A program made the position numbers and the translations under genes. A DNA stretch of 64,000 nucleotides. Origin: Phoronis australis (taxonomy: Eukaryota; Animalia; Phoronida). Shown in pieces: positions 12,469-26,800 of this stretch. The stretch covers positions 54,741 through 118,740 of the forward strand of contig NMRA01000827.1 in assembly GCA_002633005.1 (NCBI GenBank), given 5' to 3'. The notes beneath the pieces were generated by a model. The model searched no databases and was not told the DNA's origin. It was given only the letters and a program-made list of their open reading frames with translations. Position 1 is the first letter of the stretch. The number at the start of each line of letters is the position of its first letter.

Positions 12469-12531
12469 ATGACAAATACTGCTGTGACTTCGTTCTTCAT
12501 CTGTGCTGCACCTACTGGTACACGTGGTGGT
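12469..12531 (+). CDS. VOPP1/WBP1-like small membrane protein, Cys-rich exon (DDKYCCDFVLHLCCTYWYTWW)
   Basis: Acceptor TGTTTTAG, donor GTAAGT, 63 bp. The CC..CC..Y..WW pattern is typical of the WBP1/VOPP1 N-terminal domain. Confidence 0.75.
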
Positions 12532-13970
12532 GTAAGTATAGTTGTATTATAGTCTTTTTGACATAGTTTGTGTTGTTCAGGAACGGGTCCGGTAATTTGC
12601 TTGAGGGTTACCGCAGGATCACAGAGGTACCTTAAAAACGCCCTTACCGTTCACACTAAATGGAGCATAGAAACACGATAGCAACCAACATTTGACTGTT
12701 GACGTCATATGTGTCCGCTTAATGAAGATTTACAATGTGTAGGGCGCCATCACTCGGCCGTTTGACCCACTCTAACTTCGACAAAGTTGATATGTGTCAC
12801 ACTTTTTACTGAGAATTAAGTCAATACCAACCGGTGCGAATAGCTTTCGATGCTATGGTTCAAGTTAAATCACTACGTGGCTTAGTCGCGATGCTGAAGG
12901 AAACCTATTCTCTAATTTCTCTTATAATGCGTGTTGGTTTACGACCGCAATTATCTCATCCAACACGTTCAGCCAAACCCCTGAATAGCGTCTAGCTCAC
13001 TTCAGTCCGTGACGGCGTTAATTCAAGCCCTTGTTGTGCCGATCTCGTTGGATGTTCTGGGGAAAATAGTCCCGCTTTCTCGTCCACTTGCATGCAAATC
13101 ATGTTTGCGTAAGATTTACCCAATGTATATACACAAATCCACTCAAAGAAAACCATCACTGTAATGCATATTCTAATGCCTCAGCCAGTGCTGCAAAGCC
13201 TTAACTTGTAACTAACATTAGGACCTATTCAGCAACAACCTGACTAATTCAGTTACCTGTAATGACTCACACTAATTCGTGCCTGAGTATTTGTAGTTTG
13301 ATACAGTGTCCAGCGGAGCTTTTTGACAATTCAAAACAATTACTTCTCTATAGAATTTTCTGAAATCTATACTCAATCATTTTTGGTATATATGTACTTG
13401 GCTTTACAGTGTACTAATATCTTTTCACAAAAAATTCCAGCATCCTAGAATGCTTTCGAGTCAATTAAGTGTTTTAAAATTCCAGTAAAATTGTATATTA
13501 TACACTGTAAAACAAACCAATTACATAACTTGTTGAAACCAGTGTCAGCTTGCCGCTGGCTCCCTGTTCATCCCGCAACGAGATTTTCAGGTATGCATAT
13601 CATATCATATCATATTCTATGGCCGCCCCTCTAAATTCCAGCTGCAATCCCCATAAACACTAGTCCCGTACCACCAAATTTCGTCAAACCTGTTGTACGA
13701 ATTCAATGTATACTCGCGTTCCTGAAGTCCATACACGAGCTGAAAGCATTCCGTATCCTGGGAATAAAGTGGAAGTGGGTCCGTGTGATGAATTAATCTA
13801 GTCCCCCGGTATGGTGTTTGGTCACTGCTATCGAGTAAACTTGATCTCGAGCTATTATAATTTATAGACTGTCATGAATACGTGCATGTGAAGTTTTAAT
13901 TTATAGTCACAATGATCATACGTGCACGTGAACATTTAGCTGAGATTGCATCAACAGTTTCGCCTTGCAG

Positions 13971-14143
13971 GGTTCTGGTTGATATGGGCGTTTGTCATCA
14001 TATTTTTCGCTTTCTGCGGATGGGCCATTCGCAGACGATATGTCATGGTGCAGAACCCCGTTGTTCTCGTACAAGAGCAAAGGCCGCCAGGTTATGGAGC
14101 GACACCTACCAGCGGATATCAGCCGGTAATACAAGGGTTTTGA
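13971..14143 (+). CDS. VOPP1/WBP1-like small membrane protein, last exon (TM helix and PPxY tail)
   Basis: Acceptor CCTTGCAG, in phase with the previous exon. Encodes WFWLIWAFVIIFFAFCGWAIRRR (TM plus basic stop-transfer), then PPGY and a stop. AATAAA at 14577. Confidence 0.75.
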
Positions 14144-15639
14144 AACTTTTTCATCAGCTCAGCCTAGTAGACTGTTTACAACAAAATCCTTGGTTTGCTT
14201 TCATCAGATTAGAGCATAGACTAATTAGAACCGATCCTGGAGGTCAGTGTCAGGTTATATATATGCCAAGGGAGAACGATGCTGCTCGAGGTCCAGGCGG
14301 AGGGGCATGTTGCCCTCCCGAGGTCCATCACTAAGCATCCGATCGTGTGATCAGTCTTCATTTGTTTTATTACAACTATGGTGCTTCTTTCATCTGATTT
14401 CTTCTTGAGAGGTATTTGGGTCCTATCGATCCTGCGTGCTGACTGAAAAGTGATATTCGAGGGCGTGCCTAGTTTCTCTTCCAGCATTAGAGTCAGGTAA
14501 ACAACTCGAAAACGAGTTCATTTGATTTGATTTTTACCATACTAAGATGTTTTTAGTATGCTTACTTCAACATTTCAATAAATCAATGGTTGAGCTCGTC
14601 GTTGATTGACCAATCACGTTCCAGATGTCAGATGAGTTCACCATACTCCAATTCTAATAGAAGCCGGATGCGGGTCTAAGACTAGCCCCATAAGGAAAAG
14701 TCACCAAGTGGTGTCATAGCCAATCAAAGGACAAAGCAATCAGTGGTTATCACGTGGTTTGTGATGCCGTGCAGTTGCCACGATAGTGTTTGTTTTGTGT
14801 GCATTGCTTCATTGCTGATCACTGACATTGCACTTGCCAACTCAGTTGTCCTTTACGTGTCGCTAAGAAAGCCACCACAACATGGTGTCACCGCTCTTTG
14901 TGATAAGTACGGGTAGATTGTCATTCATGCTAATTAATACAATGCAAATGACCACTGAGGCGAAATTCATTTCCTTTTCAGGCTGGTAAAGTGTGATCAG
15001 AGAAAAGGTGGACTTTTCGGACTGCGAGACAGATCTTTAAGAATATAATCGCAGTCGCATTTTTGAGGCGGTCGACGATTTCGTCTCAGAATTTGTGTGC
15101 GTTTGTGTCGTGTGTGCCGGGTGTATGCGCGTGTATGTGTGCGTGTGGACAGGCGTGCCTGTTGTGTGATCGTTCGAGACGTCAGTGTTTCCACGTTATT
15201 TGAAGAAGAAAAAATGGCGTTATTCACCAGAATTTCTCCTACGTATGCAATTTAATAAGCGTGTCCTAATACTACATGACTGTACAGAACTGTACCAAGT
15301 CTGGAAGATGCTGGAAGAGGGCACACGTGTCCCCAACAATATACAATGTACATGTTTTGCGCAAGATACTTACATTGGAATTCTGTCAAATATTCACGTA
15401 ACTCTTGTTAACATTCTTAATAATATACCGATAATACGATTATATGCGACCGGCTTCATTTACTCTCAAAAGCTTTCATATATTTACTACATCAATTTTG
15501 GTTAGAGATTGCTAATGCTGTCATTTTACATTTATTACTTACCTGAGACAGGCCCATCCGCAAGTGTGCACAAGAAAATTCAATACACTCTCCCAAGGGG
15601 TATATTTGTATAGAGTTTGCATTGCTGAACTGTAACACT

Positions 15640-15728
15640 ATTTTTGAGGGCCCTCTTGGAAAGCAGTGCTATCACTGACGAGGCCACCCTCATTTTAAAT
15701 ATCACAATAATAATAAATAAATAATAAA
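15640..15728 (+). mobile_element. 3' end of a LINE/SINE (stem-loop and AAT-rich tail)
   Basis: TGAGGG..CAGTG CTAT CACTG..CCCTCA stem-loop followed by an (AAT/AAAT)n tail. Confidence 0.45.
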
Positions 15729-17344
15729 CACGTCAGTGACTGGTGCGGCCTGTCCTCTAAGCTACTGCTTAGTGCACCGCGGGTACTAGCTTGCCAGAAT
15801 TACTAAGCGAGCAATACAGTCTGCAGTGAAAGAGATCTTTAGTTAAAAATACCTCAAACCCCGGGTTCCGAAAAGGTTATGACCTGCCTGGTGCACGATT
15901 ACTATCGGAGGTTTACTGCAGACGACAAGCCCAGTGAGTACATGCGGAAAATATCAGTTTAGTGTTCAAAACTCAAGTCAATGAGTTTAGGGTTCAAAAC
16001 TCAAGTCAAAATTTTGCCCGGTAGTAAATTTCGAAATCCGCCGCAAATAGAAATCAACAGACAGGTAGGAGTTTATTATTGAGAAGTTGCTATAGTTACG
16101 GTTTTGGTGCCTGTTTCCCATGAAACGGGAAAAAGTTTTAAAATTCAACCATGCAAATTTTTCCCAAATGCACGTCCTGGGCGAATCGGTGGATTTTTTA
16201 TATGCACCCATTGGACGTATCTTTCTACGACGCGACGTTGTGATCATAGTCGAAACACAATGAAATACAATTTGTTCATTTAACATCTTTTCGTTTCTTT
16301 CGATTTGTTGAATACATATCGCTTTCGTTTGTTGAAAACATATTAGTTTGAGCAAATGCAGACACGTATAATCCAAAAATATTGCAAAATCATTTTTTAT
16401 GGTTTTTGCTTCCGGTATCGTAGTATACAACCTATTTGTGTATCGAAGCATAATGTAGCTTTCCCTATCACTGTAGGCATTAGGACATCACCGTAGGTTT
16501 ATTAATGTTGAAGCGTTCGGTGTTATCACAGGAAAGTGCTTATATCGAGGAGGATGTTGTACAATTACACTCACACGATGCTCCAATTGCTTCCTTATCT
16601 CCTCAACTGGCCACAAAAGTTATTTTGGTTGTATTAGACCATGGGTCGTACCTCCGGTCTTAATTACACCAGACCATCTCAGGGGGACAACTTTTTCTTG
16701 TTTGGCTGAACACTTTCATGCATCTGGTATTGTTGTTTTGAAATGGAACTTGTGTTGATGTCAAAGCATTTCTCTTTAGTTTCGATTTCAAAAAACGATC
16801 TGTCACAATGTGACCTTTGACCTTTGATGTAAAACAAAACAATGACAACTTCAAGCAACACCCAGGCAATTGGTTTAAGTCCTAACTTTTTATAATCAGA
16901 CTACCGGTATGTATATTACTGGGTTCTCTTTTAGAACAAAGAACCGTACCTTGATGTGGTAAGTGCACAGCCGTTTCGTCCATCAGGGTTTGTATTTTTC
17001 TCTCCTTGACTGCCTGTAACCAATCGCTGATTGACTTGCCGGTACAATCCAATTTTCAGTAACGTAGTCACCGTGTACATTACTACATTTAAGAACATAC
17101 ATGTAAGCTTGTCCATGAGCGGCGCAACCCTGAAATAAGTGGAGGGTATAGTTCCCATTCTCCTATGATGCGCCGCCCATGTTGTGCAAACATTTTCCGT
17201 CAAAATACGATCCCCGTCTTATCCAACAGAATTTTAATGCAGCTATTTGTTAAGTCATCCATCCCATGAGCGAGATTTTGCCTTTTTCACACGAGATCTG
17301 TGAAAAAGGGATGGATGACATAAAAGTTGGCTGCAAACAGTAAT

Positions 17345-17410
17345 TGCTACGAGCACTAGACCGGCATTCTAGAGACCTGTGGTTCGATTCCCAGTTGGTG
17401 TTCCAGATTT
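17345..17410 (+). mobile_element. tRNA-derived SINE remnant
   Basis: B-box TGTGGTTCGATTCCCAG with decayed upstream tRNA-like sequence. Confidence 0.35.
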
Positions 17411-18335
17411 TCTGTGCTTATTTGATACATTCTCCATTGTGTTTAGCGTCAGATGTTGCTGCTCGCTTTCCCGTGGATTGGCGAAGCGTGGCATTTGTGA
17501 CAACATACAGTACGCAGTATTTGACCACGCTGTGGCTAAGGTTCAGGCTTTTCCCGGCACGGGCATCAGAGAATCGCGGATCTGGCACAATTAAGTTAGT
17601 ACAAGAAACTCGCAAGATGATGGATATAGCACACTGAAGCTGCCCGTGGAGCTAAGAAACTTCCATTCGCTTATCTTCTTTTTCTCGTTTTTGAGATACT
17701 GAATTCCCGGTTGTTATATATGTACTCAGTGCAATAACCAAGGTTAATATGATGCTGACAATACAGTCACTTGTTAAAACAAGGTAAATACTGGTTTTAA
17801 GCACTTTAATACCTAAAATGTTTATGTACAGAATTCACTTACCAGACGAAACGAAGTATCTCTTACGGGCACTTACTTGAGATCGTTTGCATTGTGCACA
17901 AATTATTTAGCCACCGATGCTTTTATAAAATGACGTTAGATAGCGCTACTGAACAAGGTAGACGTTCTCGTCCAAGCTACATGTAGAAAACATCAAGTAG
18001 TGCACTGCAAACGTGTCTCTACAGTTGTATGAGACAAGCACCTTACTTTCATCCACACCTTGGACGAGAAGTGATTTCACATGATGGTTTCAGCCATGTA
18101 GGTCACGTGGAAGCTGAGATGCAACCTTAAGCCCAGGCCTGTTTCTCGAACAATCTATAGTCAAAAGTTTTGATAGGTGTCTTCATTTAGGCTTTTAACA
18201 CGCTCCCAAGCAGGTTTCGGGTTTTGATCACTCAGCTTCAAGGTGCAGACAGATTTCCCGACATTTAGCCTTAACCTGATTTTGTCAAACACGCTAAGCC
18301 AACCCTAGCCTTTTCGAGAAACAGCCACAAGGAGA

Positions 18336-18462
18336 AATTCCATCTCATGAACAACGTTCAATTCCATCTCATCAACAACGTTCAATTCCATCTCATCAAC
18401 AACGTTCAATTCCATCTCATCAACAACGTTCAATTCCATCTCATCAACAACGTTCAATTCAT
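18336..18462. repeat. 24-bp minisatellite, ~5 copies
   Basis: Unit AATTCCATCTCATCAACAACGTTC. Confidence 0.95.
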
Positions 18463-20231
18463 CTACTGTAGCTATTGCAATTCAAACGTGAGACATGAGG
18501 TACAGCATACCACAAATCACAAATACATTCATTTAGTAAAACATGCTATTTACATAAAATGATCACTTTAACCCCAAAAAATCTTCCCAGTTGCAGTACA
18601 AGCCAAACGTATTCAGCCAAAATGACCCACAATTACCCGTCATGACAGCTGGGAGGAAGTCGAAGTCACCGTCAGAAGGGGAAAAACAGGTAACCTCATT
18701 GGGTGGCTAAGCCATTTCGCAATTAGAATTTTGCCGCGGTAATAGTCTTTACCAGCCTTTTTTGTTGTTAACAGAATTAGCCGTCATGACCGGGGAAACG
18801 GTATTAGTCTGATTACTTTTGTCTTCTACTGTAGTAATTTCAGATATCGATTCGCGCAAAACTGGAACCTGAGTTAAAAAATAATTTCCTTCCGCCAATC
18901 TCTTCTGTAAGTCACCCGTACTCATTTTTTTAAACAGCAATTATGAAAGAAAGTCAACCAAAGACGGAACTTCTCTTTGGTCAGTATCAGCCGTTGCCGT
19001 ACAGCTATACATATTACAGTAATACAGTCCCTCATTTAAGACTTCATCAAGTAAAAACTGTCTTAAAATGTTTGTGACATATTACTCTTAAAGTTACATT
19101 TCGCTCTGTTTAGCCGGCAAAAAACTAAAACTGAATTCGGCAGTTTACTCTCCAACAATCGGCCTCACCGCTGTTTCTAGCCACCAAAGGATTTTATTTT
19201 CGTTAACTAGAAGAACATGGAAACAGATACACAAGAAATGCTTAAGCGTTTACTGGTTTTGGCAAACCCTGAAATTGCGGATTCAATAGTGGCTCATGCA
19301 CGCATTGCCTCAGACATGGGTTGCCAGCCCATTGGGCAATAATTCAAGATCGAACGAGTCCGAGAAAGGCCCGTTAGTTAATAATCCAGCGTTGATAGCT
19401 TAACAGGCGCGAAATGCTGCTTTCGTTCGACAATGCTCAAAGAAAGGTGGGGAACCGCGATGATGCAGTTTGATTCGTTCTGTAGGTGGCGCAGAGCATC
19501 GCCGACAAGGTGACGTAGTTTATTCCATTACGTCGTGGCTTTATCATATAATTGCTAATGTCAGTACAAATACACAGAGACCCGAATTTCATCCTTTGAT
19601 CAATTGTCCGATCGTTTATGTGCGGAGCAGGAAAACGCGTGTTGCTTTGATATACAACTTTCATACCCGACAAATGCGTGTAGGAATATTCAGAAAAATA
19701 TATCGTCGACGTAGTTCTTAACAAAAACAACGAGCAATTGGGTAACCGAAAAAATACAGGTCTCGAAGAGGTCATTCCACCAACGATGTTCTGATCTGAA
19801 GATAATCTGTAAGTTACCAAGTCACTAGGGTAACTGCAGCATCACAGACTCACAGTTACTGCAGCAAACGAAACCAAAATCTGGTGCTCTCAGCTACATT
19901 GACAGTTTTACGGACAGCGCCCTGCTGCGTGATCTCGTCTCCGCAATGAGTTGCGGGGTCACCACTGCGTCATAACTACCCATGTGTTCCAATGACATTT
20001 CTTTTGAAGTTACATCTTATACATGGAGACCAGTCGCAAACGTTGGCAGCTAGGGAGAAAGCAAACGCTTCCAGTTTGAAGACGTAATCTCTCATGATTC
20101 CGTGATAGGATGCGTAACCATATTTTTCGGAGATCGAGTGTTGCACCAACACCTATACATGTGTAAGTAGACAGGGTGTCCCAAAATGTATTCATACATA
20201 TTTTAAAGCGGAAGTACGAGTGACGTAATGC

Positions 20232-20382
20232 AGGCGTGCGTTCAGTAGACGCTACGACCTACGCTAGGACCTAGCTCAAATCTAGTCAAGGTCACGTGTT
20301 CTTATTTAAAATACACGGCAATATCTCACGTAATCTCGCGAAGTCTTGCTTTTTAGCAAGGTCCTAGTGTTACTGAACGGGA
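20232..20382. mobile_element. ~150 bp MITE with a second, inverted copy at ~45232-45384
   Basis: CGTTCAGTA...TACTGAACG inverted ends. The two copies align over their full length in opposite orientation. Confidence 0.7.
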
Positions 20383-22353
20383 GGCAGCTTTTCCTATTCC
20401 AGCAAACCGGAAGTTAACTTTGCAAAGCGTACAATACAGCAACAAGTGGGCACAGTTGCCTCTAACTAGAACGATATAAAAAAATTGCTCTGAATTCTTG
20501 GGTTTGGCAAAGCTTGGCTTTACCAGGGTATGGGAACAGAACTTGTCTCAGTTCTTTCATTTATTTAAACAGCGGTGCAAAGATGTTGATCAGCAACAAT
20601 GGCTTGATTTCTTGAATAAATCACCGTAACTCGAAACGTAAAGGAAAATTAAATCACACATATACTAAGAAGATTACTTAGATATGATTGATACATGTAG
20701 CATTGCAATTGAATTGCAAATCCCCAGACTGATATGCTCGGCACATAATCCATACATTGAAAAAGCTAAGCATTGCAACATGCCAAGGTCTGAGAGGTTG
20801 TGTAAATTCTGGGCAAGACCATGTACTGAAAATGAATACCACTTACAGTGTATGTACAAAATGCCACGTACTATGATGACTTAAGGAGGAGCAGATTTTT
20901 TCCTGCAGACCAATACAACCCTCCTACTTATGATTAATTCTTGACAATGTTGTTGTCTCCAAATTGGTCATTTTGTAAGTTTGTGTACCACGCATTTATT
21001 TTCACGCAGGTCAGAACATTGCCAACGCTTCACCTGTTTGTATGTATCATGGGTGTAAGTATAACAAGGGCCGGGTAGGCCTAGTTTTCTGAAAATAGCT
21101 TTAAAGTAGAATAAACAACTGAAGATTCGTACCCAGTTCAATCGGTTGTGCAGCAACAGCACAGATATCGATTATTTTTCAACACAATTGGGGGACAAGG
21201 CGGAGAACACTTTACAAAATTGTTTGTGTTTTTACAGTCGACATCGCGTTCAATTTGAACAAACGGTATGTCCTACCTGAATGAGTGATACTCGTTCTGG
21301 GGAAAAGGCGGAAGCTGTGAGAAAGGGTGAGAAATCTAATCGTCGTTTTTCTGCAACTGCCGTCACTTGTGACGTTTGTCCTAACTAAGAAACTTTGATT
21401 TGCTGGAATATCAAAACATCAGAAGGTCTCAATAAACCTACTTCTCGACATTCACATTTCAAAGTGCTTTCGTGTACATTTTTGAGACCCCAATAAAGTC
21501 CATGCACAATTTACGCGCACCTATATCTACATACTTAAGTTCTGTCAACAACAATGTAGAAACAACACCCTAACAAGATGGCCTTTACCTAAATCAAATA
21601 ACTCAGCATTGTACAATGTGTGTGCGAAACAGCGACCGCATAAGCACCAAACAAGTTTGGTGAGTCCAAGCCCAGAAACCACGAGCCCGTTTTATCCAAG
21701 AACGCAAGTCACGTGTTAGCTAAGATATTCGTAAGAATAATTTTAATTTCCACACTGGTCATTAACGCGACTCTTAAAAATGGCCATTAAGTCTGAATAT
21801 AAAAGAATTTTCAACTTTAAATCAATTTAAACGTTTTCGTTTTAGTAAAAACGCAGAGTCGTGCCTGCAATAACTTGCCAACGACAGTCTAGCAATAACC
21901 GCACTTGCGACCTTCGACACGGGCACCAAGAACACACTCAGAGTAGCAAACAAACAAATCATTAAATATGTCGTCTGCATGTTAAACTGATAGTCACCAA
22001 ATGAGTCAACTCTTAACATTTATGTATGTGGTCGTGACGTCCACGGAAAATACACCAAAAATGCATTAGGCATCCCTGGTGTATTTGATTGATCAAGTTG
22101 AACTATTTTGGACAATTGCAACTAGACAAATCACACTATATCACTGAACGAGAAGTTCCTGCATCGAATGATAGTACACTACATATCAACAAACAGAGCA
22201 CAATCGTACAGTATATCACAAGGGACGACGTAGTGATCAGATTTGTTTTGATAAGACAAACAGCTTTTTGTAAAAACAATAGTCTGTCTCCAATCCATGT
22301 ATTTTTACATCAGGCATGCAGTTAAGCAAGCTGAGAATAACAGACAGGGGCAC

Positions 22354-22447
22354 TTAAAAGCATGGACTTGGACAATGACGAGATCTCGCGAGGTTTGTGA
22401 GAGCCATGGCGGCACTAATCTCTTTCCAATACAAGTCTTCGTGTTCA
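22354..22447 (-). CDS. Mkx: Homeobox protein Mohawk, coding exon 5 (last)
   Basis: Acceptor TTTATTTTCAG. Encodes EHEDLYWKEISAAMALTNLARSRHCPSPCF*, matching the vertebrate Mkx C-terminal YWKEINAAMALTNLA motif. Confidence 0.92.
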
Positions 22448-22690
22448 CTGAAAATAAATACAATGCAAAGGGTAGATGAAATTAATATTAATATTTGGTA
22501 AACCATTATGAATATGACATACGAGCTCCACTCAAAACGATGACGTTTAATGCTAGCAACCCAACACCGACGGAGCACAGATTCTACGTCACTGTCAATA
22601 AAACAATCAATAATAAGAACAAAGTCGAACTTAAAGGTACAAAACTTTTTGTCTCATGACCGTGGTTTAATTGTGTGCAAAATCAATTAC

Positions 22691-22748
22691 CTTTCTTGTT
22701 CAGATGTTTTCCTTTGTTTAACGAAGTGTTCAAGCTCGTCCGTATAAT
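22691..22748 (-). CDS. Mkx: Homeobox protein Mohawk, coding exon 4 (58 bp)
   Basis: Acceptor TTTTCATTCCAG, donor GTAATT. Phase 1 to 2 is exactly what is needed to join exons 3 and 5 in frame (DYTDELEHFVKQRKTSEQES). Confidence 0.8.
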
Positions 22749-23133
22749 CTGGAATGAAAACAATTCCTCAAAATAAAAAGTTCACAAATCCTTTCAACAA
22801 GGGATCTTCCAAGTATGCGATCACCGTTGCAGAAGCAAATACGTTGGGAAACGATGGGAAGTTGATAACATTTCTGTATTCCCACTTTTACGTTAAAGAG
22901 AAGAAGTGAAGGTAAGTCTTACGCATTAAGCCAGAGGCTCTAGACATAATTTAACATAAAATGCACCAAACACTATGGTAGATAGACATTAAAGTCAGTG
23001 AAAGAAGCCACATTTGTGCAATGATTAAGTGGTCCCAACTCGGCAACGTCACCACTCCCTGTCAGTATTAAAGGAGCAAACCTCAAACGTGGAGTAGTCA
23101 AATTGTTTTCGAGAGTTTAGAAGAAACCCATAC

Positions 23134-23559
23134 CGTCGTGAATGGTGCCAGATACGTGATCATTGATTGGCGAACTTCTGGAAGACGACGACATTTCCTC
23201 ATAGTCACGTGATCCCAAAGAGCCACGCGAGGGGTTTCGTCTGCGTTGATCGATCTGGTGGTTTTGCAGAGAGAACGCGTGCTGGTAAGCATCGTTCAAG
23301 TAGCGTTGCATAATACTGTGTTTGAATTTGGCGGGCCCAACAGTCACGTCTGTATTAGGCAAGAAAGATTGACGTGATTGGTCACTTGCTGTGACGTAGG
23401 ACGTGTTATTGTCCCTGATTGGTCGATAGAATGGGCTAGAATAAGTATCCTCGTGATTCCTGTTGTTCTCCCGCCAGACATCGGAATGGTTATTTTTTAA
23501 GTCGTCCTGGTTTGGTGAAGGGAGTCTTTCATTTTTCAGTGAATCTGGTCCCTCATGTT
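23134..23559 (-). CDS. Mkx: Homeobox protein Mohawk, coding exon 3
   Basis: Acceptor TTGTTTCAG, donor GTATGG, 426 bp open. Contains KFKHSIMQRYLND and RGSLGSRDYEE, resembling the conserved Mkx repression motifs. Confidence 0.9.
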
Positions 23560-23624
23560 CTGAAACAAGTCATGGAAATCAATAACTGAAACGTTAATGT
23601 AGTAATAGGCTGTCCATCATGTGC

Positions 23625-23815
23625 GGCGCACTATAGGGGGCTGGGGGCTACAGTCCCCACTTTTTCAATGCTGCACCGCCCAATCTCTGGGCGGTGCACC
23701 ACAGGGGGGCTGGGGGCTATAGCCCCCACTTTTTTCAGTGCTGCGCCGCCCATGGTCTATGGGCGGTGCAGCACAGGGGCTGGGGGCTATAGCTTCTCAT
23801 TTATTCAGTGACGCC
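23625..23815. repeat. ~68-bp GC-rich tandem repeat (~3 copies), MITE-end-like
   Basis: GGGGCTGGGGGCTAYAG..CCCCACTTTTT..TGCTGC unit repeated. Confidence 0.75.
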
Positions 23816-26800
23816 TCCCATGTCCATGTACAATAATTATTCTTTTACGAGACTTTGATCTGAGACCTAAGTACAGACCTTCCCTGAGATAGATGGTATT
23901 TTTGTTTACCGCAATTTGCGTATAACTGCAGGTAACACTTGACAGACGAATCATTCAAACTGGGGCGAAACTAGTAATTTTCTTTGGGGGGCCGGGGGGT
24001 GTCAAACCTAACTTACGTGACTTTTTGCTGTCTGCTAAAAATCGATTAGTAGTCCTAACCCTGAAAAATAGTGACATTTCATCACAGCAATTTTATGAGT
24101 CCGACTGTTCATTTGTAAGTTTTTCAACGGTAGCTGTGTAACCCAAGTTATTTAATAGCTCAAGAACACGCCCAATATCTGAACATGAAGTAGAATACAT
24201 GGGTACACAAATCAAATTTTTAAAAGAACACCGTCATTTCAACAACAACAAACGTGGCGGTGTTTAATCTCTGCACTCAACTCGAATTCGAAATTATTTT
24301 TGACATTTTCCATCCTACGCCTGTGCGGTCTCAAATAACCATCTTATTATTTACGGTTTACGGAGATGACTGCATAGTCCTTATTTGCTCTCAATGATCG
24401 AGTACGAACTCAAAATCTCGAGTACTTACCGAGTTTGATGCTCGAATCCAGGGGTCATCAAGTGCAAACCCGGACTAGACAACCGTTTACGTAAACTACA
24501 TGTATAATGTACTCGAGCACGGCATAATGAACAATGTAGACAGTTTATTTTTTTGAGTTCGCATTTAATGACATTATCGGCGACAATGAAGCGTGGATAA
24601 AAGATGTAAAGTTAAACAGCACTACAAGAGTTTATCTCAGATAAGGCATCAACAATTGCTTAGAGTACTTTCATCAAAATACTAAGACTTCCTTACGTGG
24701 ATGTGCATTTGTTTTCCTTTTGTTTACCTTTTGTTTTCGCAACAATCTGCGGGGCCAGGGATCCGGATGTTAAACCACGTGACAATAAGTTACTGCCTTA
24801 CTGACAAGCTCACAGTGCTTGGCACCCATGTTCAGCCATGACATCCAACACACTAGTCTGACAATAGCTACACTGAAAAACGGCACAGATTAGCAGCTAA
24901 ACTAAATTACAAGGTTAGGCTATAAACGCATACTTTGTTCTGGTCCGTGTTTTTGACAATCGAGTCGGTGGTCCGGAAAATTTTTAGTTGCTGACTTTTT
25001 CAGAAAAGAAAACTCACCTGAGATGAGCAAAATCATGCGGGATTCGTTTTTAACGCATCCCTTGGTTAATCATGGTGCTTCAAACCTTGCTTACCCGTGC
25101 TTACGCGTCTTTGTGCACCTTTTCAAACAATACATAAGTAATGAGACCCTAACTGACATGCGTTTTATATTTAATTTGGTTGTTGCAGGTCTCAAAATAA
25201 GTCAAAAGACAGCACAACTTGCTGTTTTATAGCTCTGGTCACAGCTAACAGCTTCGAGAAATCAATCCTACTCAAACTAACCCTCAAAATACGTTTTTCG
25301 GTAGAAAAAACAACAACTGCACACTTTTAAACTAGAATGGAAAATAAAAAAAAATAATTTCGAGTTTGACTTGGAGTACCAAGACATATCCTCGGCTCCT
25401 ACAGTACATGTAGTTCAATATAATTTACGCAAGCTTTCTTTTCAACCTTTACATTTTTCTGAGATCAAATCTTTCGTTATTGGTTTCAGAACTCATGCCA
25501 CAGAATCATTCATTTGCGAGTAGAACACAGTCATCTTATCTCGTCTCTTAGTATACCTCCGAGAGGCAGTTTTTGTAAGCCTAGGAAGTATCTCAATCAT
25601 TGACTGACGAATGAAAATTCAAAGGTGCTTACGCTCACGGGTCAAGGTTGAATCTTTACTAATCGTTCTTCGCTTTTCTGGAAAATGTTCACCAAGTGCT
25701 ACAAGGTTTAGCAAAATGGATTCTGACATTTAAGTAGATATTTACCGTAAATGAGTGAGCGACGAAACTGCATCATCGATTTATTTCGCTAATGTCTCCT
25801 TTCTGTTGCGACCACACGGATAAAAATCACAACAAAGACAGAATTGATTTTCAACGTTTTTAGGGTAGACTTGCTTGCATTATGCCGTGTATGTATTTGA
25901 GCTCGCCAAAATATTTTTGTAAACCTCACATTCATAGAATTCGGACTTTTCACATCCAGTGCGTATAATCGCTACACTGGCGATTTTAGGATATCTTAAG
26001 TTGGGCCCGAAGGAAGTTTTTTGTCCAGTGTGTTTTTTCCTTGACCAACTTTTTTCTCTGCCCAAGTAAACCGATAATTATTGTGGGTCACCCCCACACC
26101 CAGAACTGGCGTCCCTGTGTGCAAGAAAAATTATTTTTTAAATCGTTCGTTTTTAAAAGACAAAGAAACATACACGATGGTTCTCCGACACTGAACCGTT
26201 GTAGCGGAGAGTTCAGTTGTAACAATACCGTCATAGCTAATCAATATATGACATGCACTAACTGACATCTCCATTCCGTATCAGCCACCGATCAAAACAA
26301 GTACCTGCAACGGGGTCAAAAACCGGTCATTTGGCGCATGAACATGCATTGAAAACCTGATGGGATATGTCAGTCGTAACTTACATAATTGTCGGGTCTA
26401 GCATGTTGTAAGGGAGGAGCGGGTGACTAATATTTTCAAAGAAAAAATGGTACGTCTTTAATAAATGCTTACGCGTTTTTTTGTTGTTTTTTTGTTTTTT
26501 GGTCGTGACTGTTGGAGGCTGCTCATTGCCCTCTAAATTCCCCCAATAAGCAACCGCCATGTTTCACATCACATTTACGACATGTTTAACACATGAAAAA
26601 CGGGAAAATATGCAAAACACAATTCGGATTAGGTTGAGCCGGAGACTTAACTTAGTGAATCGTCAATGGCGATGACATTTGTTTACTCAATTCGTGCATG
26701 AGCAGCTAACAAACACGCGACCAAAAAAACCGCAATGTTCAAAAACAGTATCGGATCATTATGCAGCTAAACTTTTTTTCTGATATCAAACTGGACACTC

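Noticed and set aside
23117-23133. Mkx ending at the ORF-track stop (..GMGFF*)
   Set aside because: A donor at 23133 leads through two more exons to the conserved AAMALTNLA motif.
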